This document shows, in pieces, positions 1 through 10,512 of a stretch of 64,000 nucleotides of DNA. Made by a program: the position numbers and the translations under genes. The notes under the pieces are model-generated. The model ran no database searches, had not been told where the DNA came from, and was given only the letters and a program-made list of their open reading frames with translations. The DNA is taken from positions 3,760 to 67,759 of the forward strand of contig CALVMJ010000001.1 in assembly GCA_944345365.1 (NCBI GenBank). The letters are read 5' to 3'. Position 1 is the stretch's first letter, and each line of letters starts with the position of its first letter. The DNA comes from an uncultured Clostridia bacterium (lineage in GTDB: Bacteria; Bacillota; Clostridia; Christensenellales; UBA1242).

Positions 1-1
1 C

Positions 2-106
2 GAAGAATTTGCTGGCAACCCCTTTTTAATTGAGGGGTATGTTGAATTAGAAAATGCTAGAAGGGAAAAAGAAGACCTTTTAAATAGAGCAAATAGAGAG
101 AAATAA
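2..106 (+). CDS. 3' end of an unidentified CDS (partial)
   Basis: Open frame EEFAGNPFLIEGYVELENARREKEDLLNRANREK* from the window edge to TAA 104-106, 1 nt before the recO ATG. Confidence 0.5.
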   Translation, partial: EEFAGNPFLIEGYVELENARREKEDLLNRANREK

Positions 107-107
107 A

Positions 108-821
108 ATGGCGACTACAAAAGTAAAAGGAATAATAATTGAGAATAAAGATTATAAAGAAAAGGATATTTTGGCAACCATTTACACGGTAGAGCTTGGA
201 AAAGTTAGGGCTTTATTTAAAGGGGTGAAAGGCGAAAAGGCAAAGATGAAAGCACATAAAAATATTTTCACCTTTGCAGAATTTGTTTTGGAAAATACAA
301 AAGGTAACAATATTGTTTCACAAGTAGATCTAATTGAAGGTTTTTACAATTTAAGTCAGGATTTGGACAAGTTTTATGAGGCCTGTTCTATAGTTGATAT
401 TGTGAAAAAACTTGGAAATGAGCAGTCAGACCCAGTGTTTTTTTTGGAATTTGTTAAAGCTTTGAAAAACTTAAATTATAGCGTTGTTCTAAAAAATATC
501 ACCTTAATAAAGTTTCTTATTAATGTTTTTAAAGGTGCAGGATATCCTATTAATTTTTCTGAATGTGCTTCTTGCAAGGCAAAAATCACAGGGAAAAAAT
601 ATTTTAATCTTGATTTTGGAGAAATTGTTTGTGGCAACTGTAGGAAAAACACTTCATTTGAAATCACTCCTTTAATTTTTTCTTGTTTGAAAATAATAAA
701 TCAAACTCCATACGAAAAACTTAAATCCATAAAAATTAATGATGAAGGTATAACGGATTCTCTAATTCTTCTTTCTGATAATTTTGAATGGAGGTTTGGC
801 TGTAAATTCTTTATAGCCTAA
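108..821 (+). CDS. recO: DNA repair protein RecO
   Basis: N-terminal OB-fold pattern (KGIII..DYKEKD....YT.ELGKV.A..KG) and CxxC..CxxC zinc finger (CASC...CGNC). Confidence 0.92.
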   Translation: MATTKVKGIIIENKDYKEKDILATIYTVELGKVRALFKGVKGEKAKMKAHKNIFTFAEFVLENTKGNNIVSQVDLIEGFYNLSQDLDKFYEACSIVDIVKKLGNEQSDPVFFLEFVKALKNLNYSVVLKNITLIKFLINVFKGAGYPINFSECASCKAKITGKKYFNLDFGEIVCGNCRKNTSFEITPLIFSCLKIINQTPYEKLKSIKINDEGITDSLILLSDNFEWRFGCKFFIA

Positions 822-921
822 AACTAATTTTTTGTAAAATCTTATCAATTAATAAAGAGGAAAGAGAAACAAAATTTAAAGTGCTAAGTATTGTGTTGTT
901 TGTTTATTATTAAATTAAGGA

Positions 922-950
922 TTGACAAATTTAATAAAATATGATAATAT
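922..950 (+). promoter_or_regulatory. sigma-A promoter of ankyrin gene
   Basis: TTGACA 922-927, 17 bp, TAATAT 945-950 with TG at 942-943. Confidence 0.6.
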
Positions 951-973
951 ACTTTTGCAAACGGAGGAATAAT

Positions 974-1459
974 ATGGAGAATATAATTAATCAATTTACA
1001 GATTTGTTAAAAAGTGGTATAGATAAAAAAGAGTTTGAAGAAATTTTAACGAGTTATTTTTCATCAACAGAAGACAAAAACTTGCTTATAGAAAAATCCT
1101 CAAAAGGAGAAACATTAATAGACCTAGCAATAAAGGAAAGAATGCAAAAATTTTTGCGTATAGTGGTAAGAAGATTTCCTGAACTTGCCAGATCTCAAGA
1201 CAAAAATGGTGATACAATTTTACATTATGCTACACACTATGGCCTTACAGATGTATTGATCGAAGCTTTATATAAGGAACCTAATCTTGCTGAAATTAAA
1301 AATAAAGCAGGGTTAACATTCATTGATCTTGCTTCATGCAAAGAACACCAATATGATTTTTCAAAGGTTTTTGATGTGGCAAAAGAACAAAAACAAAAAA
1401 GAGTAAAGGATCTTTTGAAAAAAAGAAAGGAAAGTCTTCTTTATTTAGGAATGAAATAA
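974..1459 (+). CDS. ankyrin-repeat protein
   Basis: Repeats KGETLIDLA, DKNGDTILHYA, NKAGLTFIDLA; GGAGG RBS at 963-967 favours ATG 974 over 941. Confidence 0.8.
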   Translation: MENIINQFTDLLKSGIDKKEFEEILTSYFSSTEDKNLLIEKSSKGETLIDLAIKERMQKFLRIVVRRFPELARSQDKNGDTILHYATHYGLTDVLIEALYKEPNLAEIKNKAGLTFIDLASCKEHQYDFSKVFDVAKEQKQKRVKDLLKKRKESLLYLGMK

Positions 1460-1473
1460 AGTAATACTTATTA

Positions 1474-1504
1474 AAAAAACGTCTTTAAAATTAAGGCGTT
1501 TTTT
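1474..1504 (+). terminator. intrinsic terminator
   Basis: AAAAAACGTCTT / AAGGCGTTTTTT stem with A and T tails. Confidence 0.75.
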
Positions 1505-1526
1505 CTTTATTTTTTTAAAAAAATAC

Positions 1527-1555
1527 TTGACATATATTTAATAAATGGGTATAAT
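1527..1555 (+). promoter_or_regulatory. sigma-A promoter of S10 operon
   Basis: Perfect TTGACA (1527-1532), 17 bp, TATAAT (1550-1555). Confidence 0.92.
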
Positions 1556-1560
1556 GATAA

Positions 1561-1783
1561 TGCTGTGATTATGGGTTGAAGTATGAGGTTACTTTGATTA
1601 CCGGCAATCAAAGAGAACTTATACGGACAAGTCTTCGGGAAAGATCGAAGGCGGCCGACATCTTCACATTTTTTTAAGTCTTACAGCATGACACACCCGG
1701 GTTAGTGTGCAAGGAACTAGGTTAGTGATAAAATTACTAAAAAAGCCGTGCATATAACGGGAAAATTAATAAATGTGGTCGGT
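1561..1783 (+). ncRNA. structured 5' leader of rpsJ (candidate ribosomal-protein leader, S10-Clostridia-like)
   Basis: Several stems: TGCTGTGA 1561-1568 / TTACAGCA 1681-1688; long hairpin 1581-1624; GTCTTCG/CGAAGGC 1631-1652; CACAC/GTGTG; TTAGTGAT/ATTACTAA; CCGT/ACGG. Family assignment is inference. Confidence 0.65.
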
Positions 1784-1809
1784 ATTGCTATACAGGAGGT
1801 TAATAATAA

Positions 1810-2118
1810 ATGGCAACACAAAAAATCAGAATTAAATTAAAGGCCTATGAACATTCACTTATTGATAACGCTTGCAAAAGAATTATTGATGCTGTTGAAA
1901 AGTTCGGTGCAAAAGTAGCTGGGCCAATTCCACTTCCAACAGACAGAGAAGTGATTACTGTTATTCGTTCTCCACATAAGAACAAAGATAGTAGAGAACA
2001 ATTTGAAAGCAAAACACACAAAAGGTTAATTGATATCTATAGCCCTTCAACTAAGGCTGTTGACGCTCTTATGAAGCTTGATCTTCCAGCCGGCGTAGAT
2101 ATTCAAATAAAGCTATAA
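1810..2118 (+). CDS. rpsJ: 30S ribosomal protein S10
   Basis: [31 protein letters not shown] motifs. Confidence 0.98.
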   Translation: MATQKIRIKLKAYEHSLIDNACKRIIDAVEKFGAKVAGPIPLPTDREVITVIRSPHKNKDSREQFESKTHKRLIDIYSPSTKAVDALMKLDLPAGVDIQIKL

Positions 2119-2136
2119 GGAGGAAAGACTGGGTTT

Positions 2137-2769
2137 ATGAAAAAAGCAATTATTGGAAAGAAAATTGGAATGACACAAGTCTTCTCATCAAATGGCTTAG
2201 TTGTTCCAGTAACAGTTATTGAGGCTGGTCCATGTAGCGTTGTTCAAGTTAAAACAACTGAAAAAGATGGATATGAAGCAGTTGTTGTTGGATTTGGTAG
2301 TCAAAAAGAACACAGAATTAACAAAGCTCAACTTGGGGCTTACAAAAAAGCAAATGTTGCACCAGCAAAAATATTGAGAGAACTTAAATTTGATAATACA
2401 TCAGATTATGAAGTTGGAAAAGTTATAAACTGTGATATATTCGCAGAGGGTGACAAGGTTGATGCTTGTGCCTTGACAAGAGGTAGAGGATTTACTGGTG
2501 TTATTCAAAGATGGAATCAACACAGATTAAAAATGACGCACGGTGTTGGACCTGTTCACAGAGAAGTTGGTTCAATGGGTGCTAACTCAACTCCATCAAG
2601 AGTGTTCAAAAACAAACATATGCCGGGACATTATGGTTGTGAGAGAGTTACAATTCAAAATTTAGAAATAGTTAAAGTCGATGCAGAAAGAAATATCTTA
2701 CTCGTTAAGGGTTGCGTTCCTGGTCCTAAGGGAGCAATAGTTACAATCCGTGAGACGAAGAAGGCTTAA
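2137..2769 (+). CDS. rplC: 50S ribosomal protein L3
   Basis: [21 protein letters not shown]; operon position. Confidence 0.98.
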   Translation: MKKAIIGKKIGMTQVFSSNGLVVPVTVIEAGPCSVVQVKTTEKDGYEAVVVGFGSQKEHRINKAQLGAYKKANVAPAKILRELKFDNTSDYEVGKVINCDIFAEGDKVDACALTRGRGFTGVIQRWNQHRLKMTHGVGPVHREVGSMGANSTPSRVFKNKHMPGHYGCERVTIQNLEIVKVDAERNILLVKGCVPGPKGAIVTIRETKKA

Positions 2770-2783
2770 AGGAGATAACTATT

Positions 2784-3410
2784 ATGGCAAAAGTTAAAGT
2801 TTATGATATGACTGCAAAAGAAGTTGGAGAATTAAATCTTTCAGACGAAATTTTCGCAGTTCCTTACAATGAACCCCTTATCCATGAAACTGTTGTTGCT
2901 TACAACGCTAATCAGAGACAGGGAACAAAAAGCACTCTTACAAGAAGTGAAGTAAGAGGTCACGCAAAAAAACCTTGGAGACAAAAGAAAACAGGTAGAG
3001 CTCGTCATGGTTCCACAAAAGGACCACAATGGACGGGTGGTGGAGTTGTTTTTGCTCCAAAGCCAAGAGATTTTTCAAAGAAGATGAACAAAACAGCTAA
3101 AAGGCTTGCTTTCCTTTCAGCTCTTAGCACAAAGATTGCAGAAGGAAAGGTTATTGTTCTTGACAAATTTGAGCTTGCAAGCGCAAAAACAAAAGAAGCA
3201 CAAGCATTTGTTAACGCTTTTAAATTTAACGGAAAAACTCTTGTAGTTAATGCCGAAAACGGAGCAGAAATTAAAAGAGCAACAGCAAATATTAAAGATT
3301 TAAGAATTGCAGAAGCAAACTTATTAAATGTTTATGAAATTGTTGCAAACAAAAATGTTGTTCTTACAAAATCTGCAATCAAATCAATAGAGGAGGCGTA
3401 CGCAGAATAA
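2784..3410 (+). CDS. rplD: 50S ribosomal protein L4
   Basis: RQGTKSTLTRSEVRG..KKPWRQKKTGRARHGS. Confidence 0.98.
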   Translation: MAKVKVYDMTAKEVGELNLSDEIFAVPYNEPLIHETVVAYNANQRQGTKSTLTRSEVRGHAKKPWRQKKTGRARHGSTKGPQWTGGGVVFAPKPRDFSKKMNKTAKRLAFLSALSTKIAEGKVIVLDKFELASAKTKEAQAFVNAFKFNGKTLVVNAENGAEIKRATANIKDLRIAEANLLNVYEIVANKNVVLTKSAIKSIEEAYAE

Positions 3411-3712
3411 TGGAAGCTTATGAAATTATTAGAAAACCTCTTTTAACAGAGAAGAGCTATGTTGGAATTGCAAACAAAGTTTATTCATTTGTGGTTGACA
3501 AGAGGGCAACAAAGACAGAAATCAAAAAAGCAGTAGAAAAAATATTTAATGTTCAAGTTGAAAAGGTTAACACATTAAATGTTAAAGGACAGACAAAAAC
3601 TCAAAACACAAAAGCTGGTAGAACGGTTGGTAAGACGAGTGACTATAAAAAGGCTATCGTTACATTGAAGGAATCTTCAAAGCCAATTGCATTCTTTGAG
3701 AGCTTGTCTTAA
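3410..3712 (+). CDS. rplW: 50S ribosomal protein L23
   Basis: IIRKPLLTEKS, ATKTEIKKAVE, YKKAIVTL. Confidence 0.97.
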   Translation: MEAYEIIRKPLLTEKSYVGIANKVYSFVVDKRATKTEIKKAVEKIFNVQVEKVNTLNVKGQTKTQNTKAGRTVGKTSDYKKAIVTLKESSKPIAFFESLS

Positions 3713-3727
3713 TAGGAGGAGTTAACA

Positions 3728-4555
3728 ATGGCTATTAAAACTAAAAATCCTACATCAGCAGGAACAAGATTCTATACATCAGCTACATTTGATGAGATTA
3801 CAAAAAAGACTCCTGAAAAATCTCTCCTCGCTGTTAAGAAAAAACACGCTGGAAGAAATTTTCAAGGAAGAATTACTGTTAGACATCAAGGTGGTGGCAA
3901 CAGACAAAAATATCGTATTATAGATTTCAAAAGAAACAAAGACAACATTCCTGCAAAAGTTGTTGGAATTGAATACGATCCAAATAGAACTGCATATATC
4001 GCTTTGCTTACTTATGCAGATGGAGAAAAGAGATATATTATTGCACCATTAGGACTTAAAGTTGGAGAAATTTTAATGAGTGGTTCTAATATTGAAATTA
4101 AAGTCGGAAATAATCTTCCGTTGTCCGATATCCCAGTTGGTTCAATGGTTCATAACATTGAGCTTCAACCTAAGAAAGGTGGACAAATTGCTCGTTCTGC
4201 CGGAGCTGAGGTTCAACTTATGGCAAAAGAAGGCAATTATGCAACATTAAAAATGCCAAGTGGAGAAATGAGAAAGGTTTTGCTTTCTTGTAGGGCTACT
4301 ATCGGAACTGTTGGAAATCTTGACCATGAATTAATTTCAATTGGTAAAGCTGGAAGAAAAAGACACATGGGTGTTAGACCTACCGTTCGTGGTGTTGCAA
4401 TGAACCCTAACGATCACCCACACGGAGGAGGAGAAGGTAAGTCGCCTGTTGGAATGAAATCACCTGTTACTCCATGGGGTAAACCTGCTCTTGGTCTTAA
4501 AACTAGAAAGAGAAAAAATCGCTCTAACCGCTTAATGGTTAAGAGAGTTAATTAG
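3728..4555 (+). CDS. rplB: 50S ribosomal protein L2
   Basis: [34 protein letters not shown]. Confidence 0.98.
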   Translation: MAIKTKNPTSAGTRFYTSATFDEITKKTPEKSLLAVKKKHAGRNFQGRITVRHQGGGNRQKYRIIDFKRNKDNIPAKVVGIEYDPNRTAYIALLTYADGEKRYIIAPLGLKVGEILMSGSNIEIKVGNNLPLSDIPVGSMVHNIELQPKKGGQIARSAGAEVQLMAKEGNYATLKMPSGEMRKVLLSCRATIGTVGNLDHELISIGKAGRKRHMGVRPTVRGVAMNPNDHPHGGGEGKSPVGMKSPVTPWGKPALGLKTRKRKNRSNRLMVKRVN

Positions 4556-4564
4556 GAGTGAAAA

Positions 4565-4852
4565 ATGAGTAAGACATTGAAAAAACCTTATGTTCATCCA
4601 AGTTTAGTAAAAAAAGTTAACGAAATGATGGAATCAGGGACAAAAAAACCTATTAAAACATGGTCTAGATCATCAACTATATATCCAGATTTTATTGGAT
4701 TTACATTTGCCGTTCACAATGGCAAAAAACACATTCCTGTTTATGTGACAGCTGATATGGTTGGACATAAACTTGGAGAGTTCTCTCCAACAAGAACATA
4801 CAAAGGTCACGCAGCGAAGAAAGCTGGAAAAGCTGCGAAAGCCAAGAAGTAA
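4565..4852 (+). CDS. rpsS: 30S ribosomal protein S19
   Basis: [30 protein letters not shown]. Confidence 0.98.
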   Translation: MSKTLKKPYVHPSLVKKVNEMMESGTKKPIKTWSRSSTIYPDFIGFTFAVHNGKKHIPVYVTADMVGHKLGEFSPTRTYKGHAAKKAGKAAKAKK

Positions 4853-4862
4853 GAGGTGAGAT

Positions 4863-5249
4863 ATGGCTACAAGAATTAGACAAAAAGCAGAAAAATTAGC
4901 TCAGCAAAAAGACAATAGACCTTTTGCAAAGGCAAAATATATCAGAATGAGCCCTTCAAAGGTTAGAATTGTTCTTGATGTAATCAGAGGAAAGAAAGTG
5001 GCAGAGGCTGTTGCAATACTTGAAAATATGCCTGATTCAGCGGCAAGAGAGAGTGTTAAAGTTTTAAAATCTGCAATTGCAAACGCTGAAAACAACAAAG
5101 GGTTAAATAAAGACAATTTGTTTGTGGCAGAAGTTTATGCTACACAAGGGCCAATGTTAAAGAGAATTTCCCAAAGGGCTAAGGGAAGCGCAGATAGAAT
5201 TTTGAAAAAGACATCGCACATTACTATTGTGCTTGATGAAGTGAAGTAA
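4863..5249 (+). CDS. rplV: 50S ribosomal protein L22
   Basis: RMSPSKVRIVLDVIRG, LKSAIANAENN, KTSHITIV. Confidence 0.97.
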   Translation: MATRIRQKAEKLAQQKDNRPFAKAKYIRMSPSKVRIVLDVIRGKKVAEAVAILENMPDSAARESVKVLKSAIANAENNKGLNKDNLFVAEVYATQGPMLKRISQRAKGSADRILKKTSHITIVLDEVK

Positions 5250-5259
5250 GGAGGATAGC

Positions 5260-5928
5260 ATGGGACAGAAAGTTAGTCCAATTGGACTTAGACTTGGCAT
5301 CAACAAGGGATGGAACGCTACTTGGTATGCAAAGAAAGCAGATTTTGCCGACAATCTTGTTGAAGACCAAAAAGTAAAGAAATTCTTAAAAAAGAAATAT
5401 TATGCTTGTGCGATCTCTAAAATTACAATCGAGAGAACAGAATCAAAACTTGTTATTGATATTTTCACAGCAAAGCCTGGAATGATTATTGGACAAAAAG
5501 GTGCTGGAATAGAAAACATCAAAAAAGAAATCATCAAAATGATCAGACCTATAAAAAACCTTATAGTAAATGTTAAAGAAATAAAGAAACCGGACTTAGA
5601 CGCTCAACTTGTTGCAGAAGGAATTGCAAGTCAACTTGAAAAGCGTGTTCAATGGAGAAGAGCTTTAAAAATGGCTATTCAAAAGGTTATGAAAGCTGGT
5701 GCAAAGGGTTGTAAGGTGCAGTTAAATGGAGTTATTGACGGGGCTAACACTCTTCATAGATCCGAGCACTATATGGAAGGATCACTTCCTCTTCACACTC
5801 TTCGTGCTGACATTGACTATGGAACAACTGCTGCTTACACAAATTATGGTAAGCTAGGCGTTAAGTGCTGGATATATAAGGGAGAAATTCTTCCAAGCAA
5901 GTCATCTGACAAAGGAGGACAAGAATAA
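5260..5928 (+). CDS. rpsC: 30S ribosomal protein S3
   Basis: [36 protein letters not shown]. Confidence 0.97.
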   Translation: MGQKVSPIGLRLGINKGWNATWYAKKADFADNLVEDQKVKKFLKKKYYACAISKITIERTESKLVIDIFTAKPGMIIGQKGAGIENIKKEIIKMIRPIKNLIVNVKEIKKPDLDAQLVAEGIASQLEKRVQWRRALKMAIQKVMKAGAKGCKVQLNGVIDGANTLHRSEHYMEGSLPLHTLRADIDYGTTAAYTNYGKLGVKCWIYKGEILPSKSSDKGGQE

Positions 5929-6368
5929 TGTTAATGCCTAAGAGAGTTAAGAGAAGAAAGGTTTTCAGAGGCAGAATGAAAGGTAAGGCTCTTAGAGGAA
6001 ATACAGTTGCTTATGGACAATTCGGAATTGTTGCGACTGAGCCTTGCTGGATTAAATCTAACCAAATCGAAGCAGCGCGTATTGCTTTAACTAGATATAT
6101 CAGAAGAGGTGGTAAAGTTTGGATTAAGATTTTCCCTGACAAACCTGTTACAAAGAAGCCTGCAGAAACCCGTATGGGATCTGGAAAAGGTAATCCAGAA
6201 TTTTGGGTTGCAGTTGTAAAGCCAGGAAGAGTGCTTTTTGAAGTAGAAGGTGTTTCTGAAGAGGCTGCAAGAGAAGCGTTTAGACTTGCTGGACACAAGC
6301 TTCCTTGCAAAACAAAATTTATAAAGAAGAAAGACGAAAAAGAAGGTGGTGTGAAAGATGAAAACTAG
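5928..6368 (+). CDS. rplP: 50S ribosomal protein L16
   Basis: [23 protein letters not shown]. Confidence 0.98.
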   Translation: MLMPKRVKRRKVFRGRMKGKALRGNTVAYGQFGIVATEPCWIKSNQIEAARIALTRYIRRGGKVWIKIFPDKPVTKKPAETRMGSGKGNPEFWVAVVKPGRVLFEVEGVSEEAAREAFRLAGHKLPCKTKFIKKKDEKEGGVKDEN

Positions 6369-6579
6369 TGAAATCAAAAGTCTTAACATCGATGAACTTA
6401 ATGCAAGAGTAAAAGAGCTTAATTCAGAGCTTTTTAACCTTAGATTCTCTCACGCTACTAGAAATCTTGCAAATCCACTTGCAATTAGAAATGTGAGAAG
6501 AGAAATTGCAAAAGTTAAGACAGTTTTAAGAGAAAAAGAAATTGCTCAAAAGGCTAATGGAGGAAACAATGGAAGATAG
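6358..6579 (+). CDS. rpmC: 50S ribosomal protein L29
   Basis: [27 protein letters not shown]. Confidence 0.96.
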   Translation: MKTSEIKSLNIDELNARVKELNSELFNLRFSHATRNLANPLAIRNVRREIAKVKTVLREKEIAQKANGGNNGR

Positions 6580-6829
6580 AAATTCAAGACTTACTAGAAC
6601 TGGTGTTGTTGTAAGCGCTGGAAAAATGGATAAAACAGTTGTTGTTAACGTTGTTTCCAGAGTAAACCATAAAGTCTATAAAAAAGTCGTTCAAAAATCT
6701 AAAAAATTTAAAGCTCATGATGAAAACAACGAGTGTGGAATTGGTGACACAGTTTTAATTATGGAAACTCGTCCTATTTCAAAAGACAAATATTACAGAG
6801 TTGTTAAAATCATAGAAAAAGCTAAGTAA
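6569..6829 (+). CDS. rpsQ: 30S ribosomal protein S17
   Basis: [24 protein letters not shown]; start moved to ATG 6569 after GGAGG. Confidence 0.96.
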   Translation: MEDRNSRLTRTGVVVSAGKMDKTVVVNVVSRVNHKVYKKVVQKSKKFKAHDENNECGIGDTVLIMETRPISKDKYYRVVKIIEKAK

Positions 6830-6843
6830 GGAGGGATGATAAA

Positions 6844-7212
6844 ATGATACAACCTCAAACAAGATTAAAAGTTGCAGACAACACTGGGGCAAAAGAAATT
6901 ATGTGTATTCGTGTTCTTGGTGGCTCTTTTAGAAGAAGTGGAAATATCGGAGATGTTATTGTTGCTTCCGTTAAAAAGGCTATTCCTGGTGGAACTGTGA
7001 AAAAGGGAGATGTTGTTAAGGCGGTTATAGTTCGTTCTTGCAAGGGACTTCGTCGTCAAGATGGCTCTCATATTCGCTTTGATGACAATGCAGCAGTTAT
7101 CATAGACAATCAAAAACAACCAAGGGGATCTCGTGTTTTCGGGCCAATCGCAAGAGAACTTAGAGATAAGGGGTATATGAAGATAATATCTCTTGCTCCA
7201 GAGGTTATTTAA
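6844..7212 (+). CDS. rplN: 50S ribosomal protein L14
   Basis: [26 protein letters not shown]. Confidence 0.98.
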   Translation: MIQPQTRLKVADNTGAKEIMCIRVLGGSFRRSGNIGDVIVASVKKAIPGGTVKKGDVVKAVIVRSCKGLRRQDGSHIRFDDNAAVIIDNQKQPRGSRVFGPIARELRDKGYMKIISLAPEVI

Positions 7213-7226
7213 AAGGAGAAGTGACA

Positions 7227-7628
7227 ATGAGTTTGAAAGTTAAGAAAGGTGATGATGTTGTAGTTATCGCTGGGAAGGACAAGAAAAAAACGGGAAAAGT
7301 GTTGGAAGTTTCTCCAAAAAGTGGGAAAGTTTTGGTTGAAAACATCAATATAGTTACAAAACACAATAAGCCTAGATCACAACAAGATAAAGGTGGAATT
7401 GTTAAAAAACCTGCTGCAATTGATGTTTCAAACGTAATGGTTATATGTCCTGTTTGCAAAAAAGCAACAAGAGTTGGACATATTGAAGTTAATGGAAAAA
7501 AGGTTAGAGCATGTAAAAAATGTAACGCTAGCCTAGACAAAGAATTTGTTAAAGCTACCAAGAAAGGTGCAAAGAAAGTGGCTAAGGCTACAACAGAAAA
7601 GTCGAAAACAGAAACAGCAGAAAACTGA
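7227..7628 (+). CDS. rplX: 50S ribosomal protein L24
   Basis: VKKGDDVVVIAGKDK KOW motif; CPVC..CKKC; Lys/Thr-rich C-tail. Confidence 0.95.
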   Translation: MSLKVKKGDDVVVIAGKDKKKTGKVLEVSPKSGKVLVENINIVTKHNKPRSQQDKGGIVKKPAAIDVSNVMVICPVCKKATRVGHIEVNGKKVRACKKCNASLDKEFVKATKKGAKKVAKATTEKSKTETAEN

Positions 7629-7636
7629 GGAGATGA

Positions 7637-8191
7637 ATGATGGCAAAAGAATTAAACAGAATTCATAAGTTATACAAAGAAGAAGTAGTTCCTGCTCTTG
7701 TTAAAGAATTTGGTTATAAAAATGTTAACGAAATTCCAAAACTTGTTAAGATAGTTCTTAATATGGGACTTGGAGATGTTAAAAGCAACTCAAAGAGTTT
7801 TAATATTGCATTAGATGAACTTACAGTTATTGCAGGTCAAAAGCCGGTTGCAACTGTTGCTAAGAAATCAATATCAAACTTTACCCTTCGTCAAGGGCAG
7901 AAGATCGGTGCAAAGGTTACTCTTCGTGGGGACAAGCTGTATGAATTCTTTGACAGATTAACAGCAATCGCTCTTCCAAGGGTTAGAGACTTCCACGGAG
8001 TTTCCGATAAGTCATTTGATGGCAGAGGAAATTATTCTATGGGCGTTAAGGAACAACTTATCTTCCCTGAAATCTCATACGATAAAGTAGAGAAAATAAG
8101 AGGATTTGATATTTGTTTTGTAACAACTGCAAAGACTGATAAAGAGGCAAAAGCGCTATTAAAAGCACTTGGAATGCCTTTTAATAGATAA
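7637..8191 (+). CDS. rplE: 50S ribosomal protein L5
   Basis: [30 protein letters not shown]. Confidence 0.98.
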   Translation: MMAKELNRIHKLYKEEVVPALVKEFGYKNVNEIPKLVKIVLNMGLGDVKSNSKSFNIALDELTVIAGQKPVATVAKKSISNFTLRQGQKIGAKVTLRGDKLYEFFDRLTAIALPRVRDFHGVSDKSFDGRGNYSMGVKEQLIFPEISYDKVEKIRGFDICFVTTAKTDKEAKALLKALGMPFNR

Positions 8192-8203
8192 GGAGAGTGA
8201 AAA

Positions 8204-8389
8204 ATGGCAAAAAAAGCACTTATTGAAAAACAACAAAAGAAACAAAAATATGCAACAAGAGAATACACTCGTTGCAAACTTTGTGGAAGACCTCACTCAG
8301 TTCTTAAAAAATATGGTATTTGCAGAGTTTGTTTTAGAGAACTTGCTAGCAAAGGTGAAATTCCTGGCGTTAAGAAGGCAAGTTGGTAA
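8204..8389 (+). CDS. rpsZ: 30S ribosomal protein S14 type Z
   Basis: 61 aa, [16 protein letters not shown] zinc-binding form. Confidence 0.96.
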   Translation: MAKKALIEKQQKKQKYATREYTRCKLCGRPHSVLKKYGICRVCFRELASKGEIPGVKKASW

Positions 8390-8398
8390 GGAGGAAAT

Positions 8399-8794
8399 AT
8401 GTTAACTACAGATTCAATCGCAGATATGCTTACAAGAATTAGAAATGCTTTAAAGGTAAAGCACGAGAAAGTGAGCGTTCCTGCTTCAAAAGAGAAAATG
8501 GAAATTGCAAGAATTCTTTTAGAGGAAGGATATATTTCTTCTTATGAAATCGTGGAAGAGGGAAAATTTAAAAATATAATTATAGCTCTTAAATATGATG
8601 AGCAAGGAAGCGTTATTCAAGGACTCAAAAGAATATCTAAACCTGGACTTAGAATATATGCTCAAAAAGACAAAATTCCATATGTTATAAGCGGACTTGG
8701 AATCGCAATTCTATCTACAAACAAGGGTGTAATGACTGACAAAAAAGCTCGTGAACTCAATGTTGGTGGCGAAGTCCTTGCTTATGTGTGGTAA
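8399..8794 (+). CDS. rpsH: 30S ribosomal protein S8
   Basis: [32 protein letters not shown]. Confidence 0.98.
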   Translation: MLTTDSIADMLTRIRNALKVKHEKVSVPASKEKMEIARILLEEGYISSYEIVEEGKFKNIIIALKYDEQGSVIQGLKRISKPGLRIYAQKDKIPYVISGLGIAILSTNKGVMTDKKARELNVGGEVLAYVW

Positions 8795-8806
8795 GGAGGT
8801 AGAGAT

Positions 8807-9358
8807 ATGTCTAGAATTGGAAATAAGATTATAACTATACCTGCTGGAGTTACTGTTAATTATGCAAACAACGAAGTAACAGTTTCAGGCCCAAAAGGAA
8901 CATTAAAACAAAAAATTGAAAAGTGTATTAAATTTGATATTGTAGATGGTCAAATTAGCACAATTATAAGTAATCCTAATGATGCTACTGCTAATGCAAA
9001 GCAAGGTCTTTACAGAATGCTTGTTGCCAACATGGTAAAAGGTGTTCATGAAGGATTTACAAAAGATTTGCAGATAAGCGGAGTTGGTTACAAAGCAAGT
9101 GTTAGTGGTAAAAAGCTTGTTATGGATCTAGGATTTTCTCATGATGTTAATGTTGAAATCCCTGAGGATCTTGAAGTTAAGTGCCCAAGCAACACTGAAA
9201 TTTCGGTAAGCGGTATTGATAAACAAAGAGTTGGACAATTCGCTTCCAAAATAAGAGATCTTCGTCCAGTGGAACCATACCATGGTTATGGCGTTAGATA
9301 CAAGAATGAAGTTGTTATTAGAAAAGTCGGAAAAACTGCAGGAAAAGGCAAGAAGTAG
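8807..9358 (+). CDS. rplF: 50S ribosomal protein L6
   Basis: MSRIGNK, GVGYKA, RPVEPYHGYGVRY. Confidence 0.98.
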   Translation: MSRIGNKIITIPAGVTVNYANNEVTVSGPKGTLKQKIEKCIKFDIVDGQISTIISNPNDATANAKQGLYRMLVANMVKGVHEGFTKDLQISGVGYKASVSGKKLVMDLGFSHDVNVEIPEDLEVKCPSNTEISVSGIDKQRVGQFASKIRDLRPVEPYHGYGVRYKNEVVIRKVGKTAGKGKK

Positions 9359-9368
9359 GAGATAAAAG

Positions 9369-9737
9369 ATGATTAGCGTAAAAGATAAAAACGAAGAAAG
9401 AAAAGTTCGTCACACAAGAGTTAGAAAAAAGATTTCTGGAACAGCATCAAAACCTCGTCTCAATGTTTACAGAAGCTTGACACAAATATATGCACAAATT
9501 ATTGACGATGTGGCTGGAACAACTCTTGTTAGTGCTTCATCATTGGAAAAAGAGATTGCCGACAAGTGTGCAGGTAAAAGCAAAACAGAGCAAGCAAAAT
9601 TGGTTGGTGAGGCCATTGCAAAGAGGGCGTTAGACAAGAAAATAGAAGAAGTTGTATTTGACAGAGGCGGATATTTATATATAGGAAGAGTTCAAGCTCT
9701 TGCTGACAGTGCCAGAGAAGCTGGGCTTAAGTTTTAG
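9369..9737 (+). CDS. rplR: 50S ribosomal protein L18
   Basis: [17 protein letters not shown]. Confidence 0.98.
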   Translation: MISVKDKNEERKVRHTRVRKKISGTASKPRLNVYRSLTQIYAQIIDDVAGTTLVSASSLEKEIADKCAGKSKTEQAKLVGEAIAKRALDKKIEEVVFDRGGYLYIGRVQALADSAREAGLKF

Positions 9738-9746
9738 GAGGACAAA

Positions 9747-10298
9747 GTGAGCGAAGAAGTTAAAAAAGATAAAAAGTTTGAAGGAAAACCAAAAGCAGAA
9801 AGAAAAGTTGCTCCAAGACGTGAAGAAGAAGGTTTTGATAAAAAACTTGTTTGTGTTAGAAGAGTAACAAAAGTTGTTAAGGGTGGTCGAACACTTCGTT
9901 TCTCTGCTCTTGTTGTTGTTGGTGATGGGAAAAATGGAGTTGGAATTGGTATTGGGAAATCAGCCGAAGTTCCATCTGCAATTGACAAGGCAACAGCTAC
10001 TGCAAGAAAGAACATAAACAAAATTAGAATAGTAGAGGGAACAATTCCTCATGAAATAATTGGAAAGTTTGGTTCAACAAAAGTTTTAATGCTTCCTGCT
10101 AAACCTGGTACTGGAGTTATCGCTGGTGGTGCTGCCCGTGCTGTTTTAGAGCTTGCTGGAATCAAGGACATCGTTACAAAGATTCATGGTTCGACAAACA
10201 AAATTAATTGCGTTAAAGCAACAATGAACGGACTTGTTGCTCTTAAAACTCGCGAGGAAATTGCTGCTCGTCGTGGCAAAGCTCCACAAGAGATTTAA
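9747..10298 (+). CDS. rpsE: 30S ribosomal protein S5
   Basis: GTG start; [30 protein letters not shown]. Confidence 0.97.
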   Translation: MSEEVKKDKKFEGKPKAERKVAPRREEEGFDKKLVCVRRVTKVVKGGRTLRFSALVVVGDGKNGVGIGIGKSAEVPSAIDKATATARKNINKIRIVEGTIPHEIIGKFGSTKVLMLPAKPGTGVIAGGAARAVLELAGIKDIVTKIHGSTNKINCVKATMNGLVALKTREEIAARRGKAPQEI

Positions 10299-10311
10299 GG
10301 AGGAAAAAATT

Positions 10312-10503
10312 ATGGCAGATAAAAAACAATTAAAAGTTACTTATGTAAGAAGTGTTATTGGATATAATAAGAAACAAGCAAAAGTGCTTGAAGCTTTGGG
10401 ATTTTCTAAGCTAGGTCAAACAAGACTTTTGCCTGATAACGCAAGCATAAGAGGAAGCTTATTTCACGTAAAACACCTCGTAAAAGTCGAAGAGGAAATC
10501 TAG
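10312..10503 (+). CDS. rpmD: 50S ribosomal protein L30
   Basis: LKVTYVRSVIG..Q...LEALG; start set at ATG 10312 after GGAGG. Confidence 0.95.
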   Translation: MADKKQLKVTYVRSVIGYNKKQAKVLEALGFSKLGQTRLLPDNASIRGSLFHVKHLVKVEEEI

Positions 10504-10512
10504 GAGGAAAGT

